Shown: one piece after another, positions 9,508 to 19,117 of the stretch
How positions within the stretch are numbered: the first letter of the stretch is position 1
How the letters are laid out: every line of letters begins with the position of its first letter
Assembly: GCA_036676395.1 (NCBI GenBank)
Contig: JAKFCY010000002.1
Location: forward strand, 1,824,001 to 1,888,000
Direction: 5' to 3'
Source: Bdellovibrio sp.
GTDB taxonomy: Bacteria; Bdellovibrionota; Bdellovibrionia; Bdellovibrionales; Bdellovibrionaceae
DNA: 64,000 bases
Program-made: the position numbers and the translations under genes
Notes under the pieces: generated by a model
Seen by the model: only the letters and a program-made list of their open reading frames with translations
Databases searched by the model: none
Told to the model about the DNA's origin: nothing

Positions 9508-11004
9508 TTACTTATTTTGAATCTTCATTGTTGGAAAGAATAAAATATCACGAATCGATGCACAATTAGTCATAAGCATGACTACACGCTCAATACCGAT
9601 ACCTACACCACCTGTTGGCGGCATACCTGTTTCGATCGCGTGCAAGAAATCTTCATCCATCGGATGCGCTTCTTCATCGTGGCCACGGTTCGCTTCTTGG
9701 TCTTTAAGACGTGAACGCTGCTCTTCTGGATCGTTTAACTCTGAATAAGAATTTCCGATTTCCATGCAAGCTGCGAACGGCTCAAAACGCTCAACAAGCT
9801 TATTGTTATCGCGGTGAATTTTCGTTAACGGAGAAATCTCGACCGGATGATCCATTACAAATGTCGGCTGCCATAAGTGCGGTTCAGCCGCTACTTCGAA
9901 TACTTTCATTTGCAGTTCACCTAAAGATAACTTATCCATTTGCATTTTTTTAAGTTTTTGCGGCTCTTCGTTGGCTTTTAAGTACTCAACCAAAGCTTCG
10001 CGATCTTGCGGGTCGACTTTAGCATGAAGTTTTACACCATCAAGAACAGTGATTTTAGCCCATGGCGGAGTAAAATCGACTTCTTTATCTTGGTACATAA
10101 CTTTCATTGAACCAGTCACATCTTTACAAACGCTTGAAACTAATTCTTCGAACTGTTTCATTTGGTAATTGTAATCAGTGTAGGCTTCATAAAATTCAAG
10201 CATGGTAAATTCTGGATTATGAGTGCGGTCAATTCCTTCATTACGAAAGTTCTTACCGACTTCATAAACTTTTTCAAAACCACCTACGATAAGGCGTTTT
10301 AAATAAAGTTCTGGAGAAATTTTCATATAAAGCTTCATATCCAAAGCTTTGTGATGAGTTGTAAATGGCGTTGCCGCAGCACCACCGTATAACGGCTGAA
10401 GAGTTGGTGTTTCAACTTCCATAAAACCACGGTCATCTAAGAATTTTTTAATGGCTTTGATAATTTTAGAACGAGCCACGAAAACTTTTCTAGAATCTGG
10501 ATCAGAAATTAAATCTAAATGTCTGTGACGATATTTAATTTCAACATCTTGGATGCCGTGAAATTTTTCAGGAAGTGGTTCTAGTGTCTTAGTTAAAATT
10601 TGGAATTTTTTAACGTATAAAGATAACTCACCTTTTTGTGATTTGAAGATATAACCTTCAAGACCCACAATATCACCCAGATCAATCAAATCAAAACTAA
10701 TGCGATCAGCTTCAGATTGCTCTTCAACTTTAATATAGCACTGTAAAGATCCAGTTTGATCCTGGATATTAAAAAAGCTGGCTTTACCCATCGCACGTAA
10801 AGTCATTAAACGACCGGCAATGCGAAAAACTGTTTCTGTCTTTTTTTCTCCGGCAACCAGATTAGAATAATCCTTCACCAACTGTTCAATGTGAATATTC
10901 TTATCAAAAGAATAAGGAAACGGGTTAATACCCTTTTCTTTAAGCGCATGAAGTTTTTTTCTTTTCTCGGCCTTGACTGGATTATCGTGAACAGAATCAG
11001 ACAT
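9508..11004 (-). CDS. lysS: Lysyl-tRNA synthetase (class II)
   Basis: OB-fold, FRNEGIDRTHNPEF, GMPPTGGVGIGIERVVM. Confidence 0.98.
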   Translation of the reverse strand: MSDSVHDNPVKAEKRKKLHALKEKGINPFPYSFDKNIHIEQLVKDYSNLVAGEKKTETVFRIAGRLMTLRAMGKASFFNIQDQTGSLQCYIKVEEQSEADRISFDLIDLGDIVGLEGYIFKSQKGELSLYVKKFQILTKTLEPLPEKFHGIQDVEIKYRHRHLDLISDPDSRKVFVARSKIIKAIKKFLDDRGFMEVETPTLQPLYGGAAATPFTTHHKALDMKLYMKISPELYLKRLIVGGFEKVYEVGKNFRNEGIDRTHNPEFTMLEFYEAYTDYNYQMKQFEELVSSVCKDVTGSMKVMYQDKEVDFTPPWAKITVLDGVKLHAKVDPQDREALVEYLKANEEPQKLKKMQMDKLSLGELQMKVFEVAAEPHLWQPTFVMDHPVEISPLTKIHRDNNKLVERFEPFAACMEIGNSYSELNDPEEQRSRLKDQEANRGHDEEAHPMDEDFLHAIETGMPPTGGVGIGIERVVMLMTNCASIRDILFFPTMKIQNK

Positions 11005-11013
11005 ATAACATCC

Positions 11014-11940
11014 TTATTTTAACGGTTTGCCGGCGAAAGTTTCCATCACGTTATGTAATAACTCGATAGATTCTTTTTTCGGGCGTTGAAAAGCATTACG
11101 GCCCATGATCGAACCAAACGCCCCACCTTGTGCTAATTCTTTAACTTCAGCTAATAACTCAGGAGTTCCTTTAGCTTCGCCGCCAGAGAAAATCACAACG
11201 CGTTTACCGTTGTAGCAAGATTGAACCACATGACGGATACGATCTGACATTGATCCAACTTTAACACCTTGAGCTTCATAAACTTTTTTAGCTTCAGCTT
11301 GCTCAATGTGAGCAGTCGGTGGTTTTACTTTAATGATATTGGCACCAAGTTGCGCTGCAATGTGAGCCGAGTAAGCGATAACATCAATTCCAGTTTCGCC
11401 TTCTTTAGAAATTTGTTCACCGCGAGCGTATGACCAAATCACCACTGCAAGACCTGCTTTTTTCGCTTGCGCAGAAGCTTCAGCAATTTCCTCGTACATT
11501 TGTTTTCTTTGCGCAGACCCCGGGTAAATTGTAAAACCAATACCCGCACAACCCAGGCGTAAAGCATCATCAACTGAAGATGTTAACGCAGAGATTGGAT
11601 TTTTTGATCCGTAAAGAACATCTGAATTATTAATTTTTAAAATCAATGGGATTTCACCAGCGTAATCACGCGCACATGCAGATAAAGCACCCAATGGAGC
11701 AGCATAAGCATTACAACCAGATTCAATCGCTAAATCAAAGTGGTAACTAGGATCATAAGCATCTGGGTTTTTTGCAAACGTGCGCGCAGGGCCATGTTCA
11801 AAACCTTGGTCAACCGGAAGGATTACCAATTTACCTGTTCCTGCAAGTTTACCATGATTCATCATACGAGCCATGTTTGTTAATACACCGATGTTTTCGT
11901 CGCCATACCAGCTTAAAATCTCACGTACACGTGGGGTCAT
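11014..11940 (-). CDS. fbaB: Class I fructose-bisphosphate aldolase (DhnA/FbaB type)
   Basis: ILPVDQGFEHGP, GANIIKVKPP, GSIMGRNAFQRP. Confidence 0.92.
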   Translation of the reverse strand: MTPRVREILSWYGDENIGVLTNMARMMNHGKLAGTGKLVILPVDQGFEHGPARTFAKNPDAYDPSYHFDLAIESGCNAYAAPLGALSACARDYAGEIPLILKINNSDVLYGSKNPISALTSSVDDALRLGCAGIGFTIYPGSAQRKQMYEEIAEASAQAKKAGLAVVIWSYARGEQISKEGETGIDVIAYSAHIAAQLGANIIKVKPPTAHIEQAEAKKVYEAQGVKVGSMSDRIRHVVQSCYNGKRVVIFSGGEAKGTPELLAEVKELAQGGAFGSIMGRNAFQRPKKESIELLHNVMETFAGKPLK

Positions 11941-12096
11941 CTTTACTATCTCCTGTAAGCTATAACTTGCGTGCTTTCAGCACGACGGTTCATTTGTTTG
12001 TTTAGACGCATAAACCCTATCGAAAAAAACTATGGCAGGCAAAGAATTACCAGTAAAACTTTGTACTTTCGTAACACACCTGATAAACCTATAGGC

Positions 12097-12639
12097 ATGA
12101 AAGTCACATACGAAAACACGCCAAATCCATCGACACTTAAGTTTAACTTTGCAGCTAAGATTGCAGATTCAACTTCTGAGTACCCAAACGTTGAATCTAC
12201 CGACACTTCTCCTCTTGCTGCCAAAATATTCGGCTTTCCGTGGGTTTCTAGCGTATTTATTGGCCAAGATTTCATGACGATCACCAAGCAAGACTGGGTG
12301 GATTGGTCAGTTATCGCACAACCCCTCACAGGGCTATTATCCGAGCACATCACAAGTGGCCAGCCAGTGTTCGTGCAAAAGACTATTGATCCCGATGTGA
12401 ACGAGAACGATTCACCGATCGTTAAAAAAATTAAACAAGTTTTAAAAGATGAAATTCGTCCCGTTGTCGCAATGGATGGCGGCGATGTGGTGTTTAGTAA
12501 ATACGAAGATAATATTTTGTATATTCAAATGAAAGGCGCTTGTAACGGCTGCCCTTCATCACAAGCGACACTTAAAGATGGAATTCAAGTTCGTCTAATC
12601 GAAGCGATTCCTGAAATTAAATCTGTCGAAGCCATCTAG
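12097..12639 (+). CDS. NifU/Nfu-type Fe-S carrier (Nfu_N + NifU C domains)
   Basis: ENTPNPSTLKF; IRPVVAMDGGD; GACNGCPSS; start moved to ATG 12097. Confidence 0.9.
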   Translation: MKVTYENTPNPSTLKFNFAAKIADSTSEYPNVESTDTSPLAAKIFGFPWVSSVFIGQDFMTITKQDWVDWSVIAQPLTGLLSEHITSGQPVFVQKTIDPDVNENDSPIVKKIKQVLKDEIRPVVAMDGGDVVFSKYEDNILYIQMKGACNGCPSSQATLKDGIQVRLIEAIPEIKSVEAI

Positions 12640-12641
12640 TC

Positions 12642-13703
12642 TTAAAATTTGAATTCAATTGTGAAAAACGGACAGTAATCCTGTCTGTAATCTCCGGTGC
12701 CGTTGCCTCTACTACACTTTGCAACGCTAAATCCTGCGCGTCCGCTTTTTAACACCTGAGATCCAAATATTTTATTAATATATGGACGCAGTGTTTCAGC
12801 TGAATTTAATAAAAGTTTTGCGCCAAAGCCTAATTTTGTTGAACCTAAAACCTCGCCGTTGTTGGCTTCAACTTTCTGATACAACTGTAAGAACAATTCT
12901 CCGATTAATGATCCGATCACAGGTGTCGCCCATAAATCATTCCATGAAGGCGTTTCAAAAAGTGATTCCACGCCGTATTCCCAGAAAAATGTCGACATCA
13001 AAAAACTGTAACCAAATGACTGCATTTTCGAGTATCCAGAAATCCTGGCCGCTTGATAATAGATAGATCCAGAAATTGGGTGCAAAACGAAATTAACAAA
13101 TGGCCCATCTTTATCTCTGACTGGTCCGTTTTTCCAATGTTCAGTAACTTGGTGAACAGCACCATTATCTTTTAATCCCTGTATATCCCAACCTGAACTG
13201 TCTTGATCTTGTGAAGCAAAAGCGGCTACCACACCGCCACTTAATAAAGCGATGTTGCGCGTGCGCTCATAAAGAGCTTGGCGACGTTCACTTGGACCGT
13301 CATCATTAAATAGATTTGGATTATTTTGAAATATCTTTTGCTCTGGAGTTAATGAGTCTTTATTAACTTCTGTTCCTAATGTTACAGACACATAAGGATT
13401 ATTTACATCTAAACGACATAGACTTGGGTTTGCCGGCCAACCTTTAGCTACTAAATGAGTATACATTTTCTGACAACCGGCTTGATCACGGGTATCAACA
13501 ACAATCACCTGCTGCGCAAGCTTTTTACTAGTCACCTCTTGAACGATTTCGCGAAACTGTTCTTTCGTTACCCACTTATCTAATGGCGAGTATTCTGCAA
13601 TTATCTTTTTCACTTCAGGTGAAATCTCTTGCTGGTGCTGAGCCTGGGCGGCAAATGAAATTGATAAAACTACGGCGAATGTTTTTAAGATGTTTTTTTT
13701 CAT
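12642..13703 (-). CDS. Secreted DUF3943-like protein
   Basis: Signal peptide (AQA); D-x-D...NFVLHP.SGS.YY..AR, FFWEYGVE...PSWNDL...TP..GS..GE; terminal Phe. Confidence 0.7.
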   Translation of the reverse strand: MKKNILKTFAVVLSISFAAQAQHQQEISPEVKKIIAEYSPLDKWVTKEQFREIVQEVTSKKLAQQVIVVDTRDQAGCQKMYTHLVAKGWPANPSLCRLDVNNPYVSVTLGTEVNKDSLTPEQKIFQNNPNLFNDDGPSERRQALYERTRNIALLSGGVVAAFASQDQDSSGWDIQGLKDNGAVHQVTEHWKNGPVRDKDGPFVNFVLHPISGSIYYQAARISGYSKMQSFGYSFLMSTFFWEYGVESLFETPSWNDLWATPVIGSLIGELFLQLYQKVEANNGEVLGSTKLGFGAKLLLNSAETLRPYINKIFGSQVLKSGRAGFSVAKCSRGNGTGDYRQDYCPFFTIEFKF

Positions 13704-13717
13704 ACAATATATAGTTA

Positions 13718-13733
13718 TGCGAATTTGCGACCA
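13718..13733 (-). promoter_or_regulatory. Putative sigma54 promoter
   Basis: TGGTCGCAAATTCGCA = GG-N10-GC, about 15 nt before ATG 13703. Confidence 0.4.
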
Positions 13734-13881
13734 CATTTTAAGTTAACCTACTGATTCTAGCGCCTCTTTTAACCCCTTGGTGTTTACCCTTAAACGGCCA
13801 TTGTAAAAACTTTTGACAGGAAAAATTTACCAACTTTAACCTGCGAGATTTGATTCGGCGTAGTTCTTGTAAAAGTGGTCC

Positions 13882-14400
13882 TTGAGGTATTGTTTGAAGT
13901 TAAATCAGATCGCTAACTATTTTGTTGTACTTATGCTGTCAGTGGCAGCTGCGGGCCTTTATTTTGCGCCTACCCAACAAACTAAGCCTGTGGATCAAGT
14001 TAGCTTACCTTCTTTAATTAGTCTCAATTTGAATCAACAGGTGTTTTTAACTAAAACTTTCGAAAAACCTGAATTTAACAGTATTGCTGAAAATTTAATT
14101 CGCGAACAACAGATCGACTTTAAAACTCGCCTATCACCCGTTTACTCTGGTCTTAATTCGTCTTATTTAATGACCTTTTTTGAAACCGCAAAATCAACAG
14201 CTCACTCACGTGATATTCAATTTGTAATTTTTAAGAAATTTCAGGAACACTACCGGATCGTAGCCACTTTAAAAGTGACTAGCCTTGAAGAGACAAGCAT
14301 TAAGCTGTCTTACGGCTCGATCGACTTCTTAGATCAAGAATCTTTTAACTTAAATACTTTAAAATTAGCACAAACTTTAGAATTAGAAGAAAACTTCTAG
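13882..14400 (+). CDS. Hypothetical protein with N-terminal membrane anchor (start uncertain)
   Basis: Hydrophobic N-terminal segment; stop 11 nt before the first PLD gene. Confidence 0.6.
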   Translation: MRYCLKLNQIANYFVVLMLSVAAAGLYFAPTQQTKPVDQVSLPSLISLNLNQQVFLTKTFEKPEFNSIAENLIREQQIDFKTRLSPVYSGLNSSYLMTFFETAKSTAHSRDIQFVIFKKFQEHYRIVATLKVTSLEETSIKLSYGSIDFLDQESFNLNTLKLAQTLELEENF

Positions 14401-14411
14401 GAGCAATAGCA

Positions 14412-15911
14412 ATGAAAAAACTAATCCTTGGCTTAATCGTAATGTTAGCAGTTCAGTCAGTATTTGCTGACAAAATCGTTTTACTAGAAGGCACTAAAGA
14501 ATCTATCGAAGCCCGCAAAGATTTAATCTCATCTGCGCAAACTGAAATCCGCGCTCAGTATTACACTATTGAAAACGACGAAGTGGCCAACGGCGGTTTA
14601 GCAATTTTACGTGATTTAGCGATTTCTAAACCCAATGTAAAGATCAGAATCATCGTCGATTCTATGCATAACTTAATGTTACGCGAAACAATGGCTGCCT
14701 TTTTATCTGATAATCAAGGCAATGCATTAACAAATATCGAAATCAGAGAATACAACACCTTTAAAATCTATGCACCTTGGCGCTACACAAAACGTATGCA
14801 CGACAAAGGTTTAATTATTGATAATGATGTTTTAATTTCTGGTGGCAGAAATATCGCAAACGGCTATTTCGGAAAAGCTGATAAAGAAAATCCAACTCAC
14901 GCCGTTCTTGAAGACACTGATATTTTAGTTATGGAAAGCCGTGCAATTGACGAAGCAGCAACTTATTTTGATAACTTGTGGGCCTCTAAATTCGTTAAAG
15001 CCGTTGCTTTAGGTAAAATGTCGATCAGCAAACTTAAACCAGGCTCTTGCGAAGCCGAGCGCACGACGGATGAGACTGATCAAAATGTAAGATCATGTGA
15101 ATACTTTCGTAAACGCAATGAAGCTTTGGTTGGTAAACAACGTGCTGAACTTATTCAGCTAGCGATTGCTCACAAATCGACTTTAAATAAATCACAAGCC
15201 CTTGAAAAATGGTTATCAAACAAAGACGCTCTTAACGTAGGAAACATTGATTATATCTATGATAATCCAGTAGGACAAAAAAGTTCTCTTAAAAAACCAG
15301 AAGCGTTAGAAAATAACATCGCTAAACAACTTTACGCAGCCATAAAAACAGCACAAAAATCAGTAGTGATCATAACGCCATACCTTATTGTGACTCCTGA
15401 GCAAGAAGCTTTATTTGCTGAGTTACGTGCGCGTAAAGTAAAAGTGCGTATTTTCACTAACGGTAAAAATTCTAATGATGTACCTGCAGCTCACGTAGGT
15501 TATGAAAAAACTCGTAAAATCGCTCTTAAACTTGGGGTACAAATCTGGGAGTACAATGGACCAGATACACTACATGCTAAAATGGTTTTAATTGATCGCA
15601 ACAAAATGTTTATTGGTTCATTTAACTGGGATTTTAGATCACAAAATTTAAACCGCGAAGTCGGCATCATTGCTCAGCTAGAAGAAGGCAACCAAGTAAA
15701 TATTGATGAAACTGACGTTTTCGCAAAAGTAGCACGCATCTACGAACGTTCAACTCGCTTAGGCAATACTCGTAAATCGAATACTGACATCGGTGATGAA
15801 GGTGAATTTGACGATGATGATATGTCTAAATTGTCGAAACAAATTAGAAGTGGTAACAGAAACACTTTGTTTTGGGAAATCATCTACCCGTTAATCAAAA
15901 AACAATTGTAA
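14412..15911 (+). CDS. Secreted phospholipase D family protein (ClsC/YmdC-like), copy 1
   Basis: Two HKD motifs: RMHDKGLIID...GGRN and TLHAKMVLID...GSFN; signal peptide SVFA. Confidence 0.9.
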   Translation: MKKLILGLIVMLAVQSVFADKIVLLEGTKESIEARKDLISSAQTEIRAQYYTIENDEVANGGLAILRDLAISKPNVKIRIIVDSMHNLMLRETMAAFLSDNQGNALTNIEIREYNTFKIYAPWRYTKRMHDKGLIIDNDVLISGGRNIANGYFGKADKENPTHAVLEDTDILVMESRAIDEAATYFDNLWASKFVKAVALGKMSISKLKPGSCEAERTTDETDQNVRSCEYFRKRNEALVGKQRAELIQLAIAHKSTLNKSQALEKWLSNKDALNVGNIDYIYDNPVGQKSSLKKPEALENNIAKQLYAAIKTAQKSVVIITPYLIVTPEQEALFAELRARKVKVRIFTNGKNSNDVPAAHVGYEKTRKIALKLGVQIWEYNGPDTLHAKMVLIDRNKMFIGSFNWDFRSQNLNREVGIIAQLEEGNQVNIDETDVFAKVARIYERSTRLGNTRKSNTDIGDEGEFDDDDMSKLSKQIRSGNRNTLFWEIIYPLIKKQL

Positions 15912-15942
15912 TTAACACTTTTAAGATTTGCAGGAGTTGTCG

Positions 15943-17424
15943 ATGAAAAAACTAATCTTACTTCTTATTACAGTACTGGCGGCGCAAGCTGCTTTTGCGG
16001 ATAAGATCGTATTTTTAGATGATCCAGATGACTCGTTAAAAGCCCGCGCCGAATTTATTTTAACTGCAGAGCAAGAAATCCGCGCCCAGTACTTCACGAT
16101 CGAAGACGATGAGGTTTCAGCTTCAGGTTTAAGTTTATTAGGTTACGCTGCAGCTCGCGGTGTAAAAGTGCGCATCATCGTAGATGCCATGCACAACTTA
16201 ATGTCTGATGCTAAACAAGCTGCTTTATTACTTAATCCAAATGTAGAAATTCGCGAATACAACAATTTTAAAATTTACGCTCCATTTCGCTATTCAAAAC
16301 GTATGCATGACAAAGCCTTAATCGTCGATCGCCATGCACTTATCTCTGGCGGAAGAAACGTGGCGAATGGATATTTTGGCCGAGCTTCAGATGATGACGA
16401 TGCTCCAAAACCAGTTTTAGAAGACACCGATGCTTTAGTTTTAGAAAGTTCTGCTATTGATGAAGCAGCCAATTATTTCGATAACTTATGGAATTCAAAA
16501 TTTGTCAAACCCGTTGATCTTGATCGAAAAGCAAAAAAGCACTTAGCCGAAGACGCCTGTAAAGAAGAAATATGGGTTGGCGAAGACAACTATCGAACTC
16601 AATACGACAACTGCGAATACGCCAGAAAACGTAATGTTAAAAAAGTCCAAGAAGCGATGTTAAGCTTAAACGCCGCTTATCAAAAAACAATTGCCGAACA
16701 CGGAATCCCCGCTAACAAACAAGTCGTTCTAGATACTTGGGATAAATTGGCCGTTCGCACTGGTAATATCGATTATATCTTTGATAACCCTGTTGGCCAA
16801 AGATCAAGTTTAGAAAAACCAGAAGCGTATCAAAACAACATCGCAAAACAACTTTACGGTGCCATTGCCCGCGCGCAAAAGCACGTCGTGATAGTGACAC
16901 CTTATTTCGTAGTCACTCCTGAGCAAGTTGAATTATTCAAAACCCTGCGCGCCCGTGGTGTTAAAGTTGAAGTGTTCACTAACGGCGTTAATTCAAACGA
17001 CGTTCCGGCAGCGCATGTAGGCTTCAAACGCACAGTACATTTAGCTGAAGCGCAAGGTGTACAAGTATGGCTATACAACGGACCAGACACTTTGCATGCG
17101 AAAATGGTTTTGATTGATAATCGTGTTTTATTTGTTGGTTCATTCAATTGGGATTTTAGATCGCAAAATTTAAACCGCGAAGTTGGCATCATCGCTGATA
17201 TCACAGCAGTTGAACAAACCAACCACCTACAAGTTGATATTCAAGATAAATTAGCCCGTATCATGGCGCGCTCGATGCCTCGTGGTGATGACAAGAAAAT
17301 GAATGCAAGAATTGGCCGTTTAAACGAAAATCAAATCAGAAAACTTGCTAGTATGATTCGCAATGCTCACGCTAACACTTGGTTATGGGAATTGTTTTTT
17401 CCGTTAATCAAAGAACAGTTATAG
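15943..17424 (+). CDS. Secreted phospholipase D family protein, copy 2
   Basis: RMHDKALIVD...GGRN and TLHAKMVLID...GSFN; signal peptide AAFA; AGGAG SD before ATG 15943. Confidence 0.9.
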   Translation: MKKLILLLITVLAAQAAFADKIVFLDDPDDSLKARAEFILTAEQEIRAQYFTIEDDEVSASGLSLLGYAAARGVKVRIIVDAMHNLMSDAKQAALLLNPNVEIREYNNFKIYAPFRYSKRMHDKALIVDRHALISGGRNVANGYFGRASDDDDAPKPVLEDTDALVLESSAIDEAANYFDNLWNSKFVKPVDLDRKAKKHLAEDACKEEIWVGEDNYRTQYDNCEYARKRNVKKVQEAMLSLNAAYQKTIAEHGIPANKQVVLDTWDKLAVRTGNIDYIFDNPVGQRSSLEKPEAYQNNIAKQLYGAIARAQKHVVIVTPYFVVTPEQVELFKTLRARGVKVEVFTNGVNSNDVPAAHVGFKRTVHLAEAQGVQVWLYNGPDTLHAKMVLIDNRVLFVGSFNWDFRSQNLNREVGIIADITAVEQTNHLQVDIQDKLARIMARSMPRGDDKKMNARIGRLNENQIRKLASMIRNAHANTWLWELFFPLIKEQL

Positions 17425-17429
17425 TCGAG

Positions 17430-17912
17430 CTACGCATCCTGCACATTCGTGCGAGTTATAAACACAAACTCACTATCAACGGGCCATTCCCAGTCATCGC
17501 TGGACCGGTAGCCTCGAAGCCACAATACTCCCTCTAAATTTCTTATATAAAATCCGGTGGGATATTCTTCATCTTGCTTGGGCTTTGCTGACGCAATATG
17601 AAGATACGGCCCCTCTGCCTGATCTAAGCATTCTAATCTTAGAAAGGCTGCTAGATTTAACGGACAAAGTTTTAAGCCCTTTGCTTCTGCAATTGCGACA
17701 ATATCTTTATAGTAACTAGGCTTCGTTAAGCCGAGCTCTAACGAATTAACTTTGACTAAATTAACCGTTTCAATTTTTTCACTGACTAAAAACTCTGGGT
17801 CAGCAAACAAAGTCTTTGCATAAGCATTAAATTGAATGCCTTGCTTAATTAGCTGATCTAACAGCTCTTCTTTGGTAATTCCGCCGAGGGTGATTGTTTT
17901 AAATATTTTCAT
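17430..17912 (-). CDS. Hypothetical protein
   Basis: 160-aa ORF with GGITKEELL, GLKLCP, GFYIRNLEGVLWLRGY; function not assignable. Confidence 0.65.
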   Translation of the reverse strand: MKIFKTITLGGITKEELLDQLIKQGIQFNAYAKTLFADPEFLVSEKIETVNLVKVNSLELGLTKPSYYKDIVAIAEAKGLKLCPLNLAAFLRLECLDQAEGPYLHIASAKPKQDEEYPTGFYIRNLEGVLWLRGYRSSDDWEWPVDSEFVFITRTNVQDA

Positions 17913-17949
17913 AAAAAAAAAGCCCACATCCCTTATTGAGATGTGGGCT
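17913..17949 (-). terminator. Rho-independent terminator after DHS-like gene
   Basis: AGCCCACATC ... GATGTGGGCT stem plus a run of 9 T on the minus strand. Confidence 0.8.
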
Positions 17950-17966
17950 CGAATAATTCCTAAAAA

Positions 17967-18938
17967 TTACTGACCTAGTACGTACGCAAACATCAACGGC
18001 GCACAGATAGATGCATCAGATTCAACGATGAACTTAGGAGTTGAAACACCAAGTTTACCCCAAGTGATTTTCTCATTAGGAACCGCACCAGAGTATGAAC
18101 CGTATGAAGTTGTAGAATCACTGATTTGGCAGAAGTAACCCCATAGTGGAACGTTATCTTGCTCTAAATCTTGGTCTAACATTGGAACAACACAAATTGG
18201 GAAGTCGCCAGCGATGCCGCCACCGATTTGAAAGAAACCGACATTTTGTTTTTTAGCTGCTAAGCCCATGTACCACTCAGCCCAATAAGTCATGTACTGG
18301 ATTCCACCTTTTACAGTGTGAACATTTTTAATGTTACCCTTCATCACGTGACCCGCAAAGATGTTACCAGTTGTTGAATCTTCCCAACCAGGAACTACCA
18401 TCGGAAGATTTTTTTCTGCCGCTGCTAATAACCAAGAATTTTTTGGATCGATTTGGTAGTGCTCTTTTAATTTACCGCTCAATAAAATTTTGTACATGTA
18501 CTCATGTGGAAAATAAGACTTACCTTCTTTATCAGCTTTAGCCCACTCCTCGTAAACTACTTTTTCGATACGACGAATTGCTTCTTCTTCAGGAATACAA
18601 GTGTCAGTCACACGGTTTAAGTGACGATCTAATAATTCTTGTTCTTGCTCTGGAGTTAAATCACGGTAGTTCGGGATACGAACGTAGTGATCATGTGCTA
18701 CTAAGTTATAAATATCTTCTTCTAAGTTTGCGCCTGTGCAAGAAATCGCGTGAACTTTTCCCTGACGGATCATTTCAGCTAAAGATAAACCTAATTCTGC
18801 AGAACTCATTGCACCCGCAAGAGTTACTAACATTTGGCCACCTTGATTGATGTGCGTTTTGTATCCAACCGCTGCGTCTCTTAAAGCTGCGGCATTGAAA
18901 TGTCTGAAATGATGATCGATAAAATTTGTAATAGTCAT
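17967..18938 (-). CDS. Deoxyhypusine synthase-like protein (probable homospermidine synthase)
   Basis: LAGAMS, CTGANLEED, QIGGGIAGDF, GSYSGAVPNEKITWGK; GGAG SD before ATG 18938. Confidence 0.9.
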   Translation of the reverse strand: MTITNFIDHHFRHFNAAALRDAAVGYKTHINQGGQMLVTLAGAMSSAELGLSLAEMIRQGKVHAISCTGANLEEDIYNLVAHDHYVRIPNYRDLTPEQEQELLDRHLNRVTDTCIPEEEAIRRIEKVVYEEWAKADKEGKSYFPHEYMYKILLSGKLKEHYQIDPKNSWLLAAAEKNLPMVVPGWEDSTTGNIFAGHVMKGNIKNVHTVKGGIQYMTYWAEWYMGLAAKKQNVGFFQIGGGIAGDFPICVVPMLDQDLEQDNVPLWGYFCQISDSTTSYGSYSGAVPNEKITWGKLGVSTPKFIVESDASICAPLMFAYVLGQ

Positions 18939-18979
18939 TTTATAAGACTCCGTTTTTGTAATTTTTAAGAGGTTGAAAT

Positions 18980-19117
18980 TTAGCCTAGATCTTTCCACGA
19001 AGGAAGGGCTTTTTTCTCTTTTTTAAGTTTATACCAATGGTAAAGCGTCACACTAATGACCGTAAGACCTGCTAAGAAAACCATAGATGCGAATCCAAAG
19101 AAGATCACTAAGCTCAT
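18980..19117 (-). CDS. Small single-pass membrane protein, 45 aa (not in ORF track)
   Basis: MSLVIFFGFASMVFLAGLTVISVTLYHWYKLKKEKKALPSWKDLG*; ATG overlaps the tcdA stop (TAATG). Confidence 0.6.
   Translation of the reverse strand: MSLVIFFGFASMVFLAGLTVISVTLYHWYKLKKEKKALPSWKDLG

Noticed and set aside
14412..17424. PLD pair as an anti-phage PLD nuclease (DISARM DrmC/Nuc-like)
   Set aside because: Two HKD motifs per chain, Sec signals and no neighbouring helicase or methylase genes
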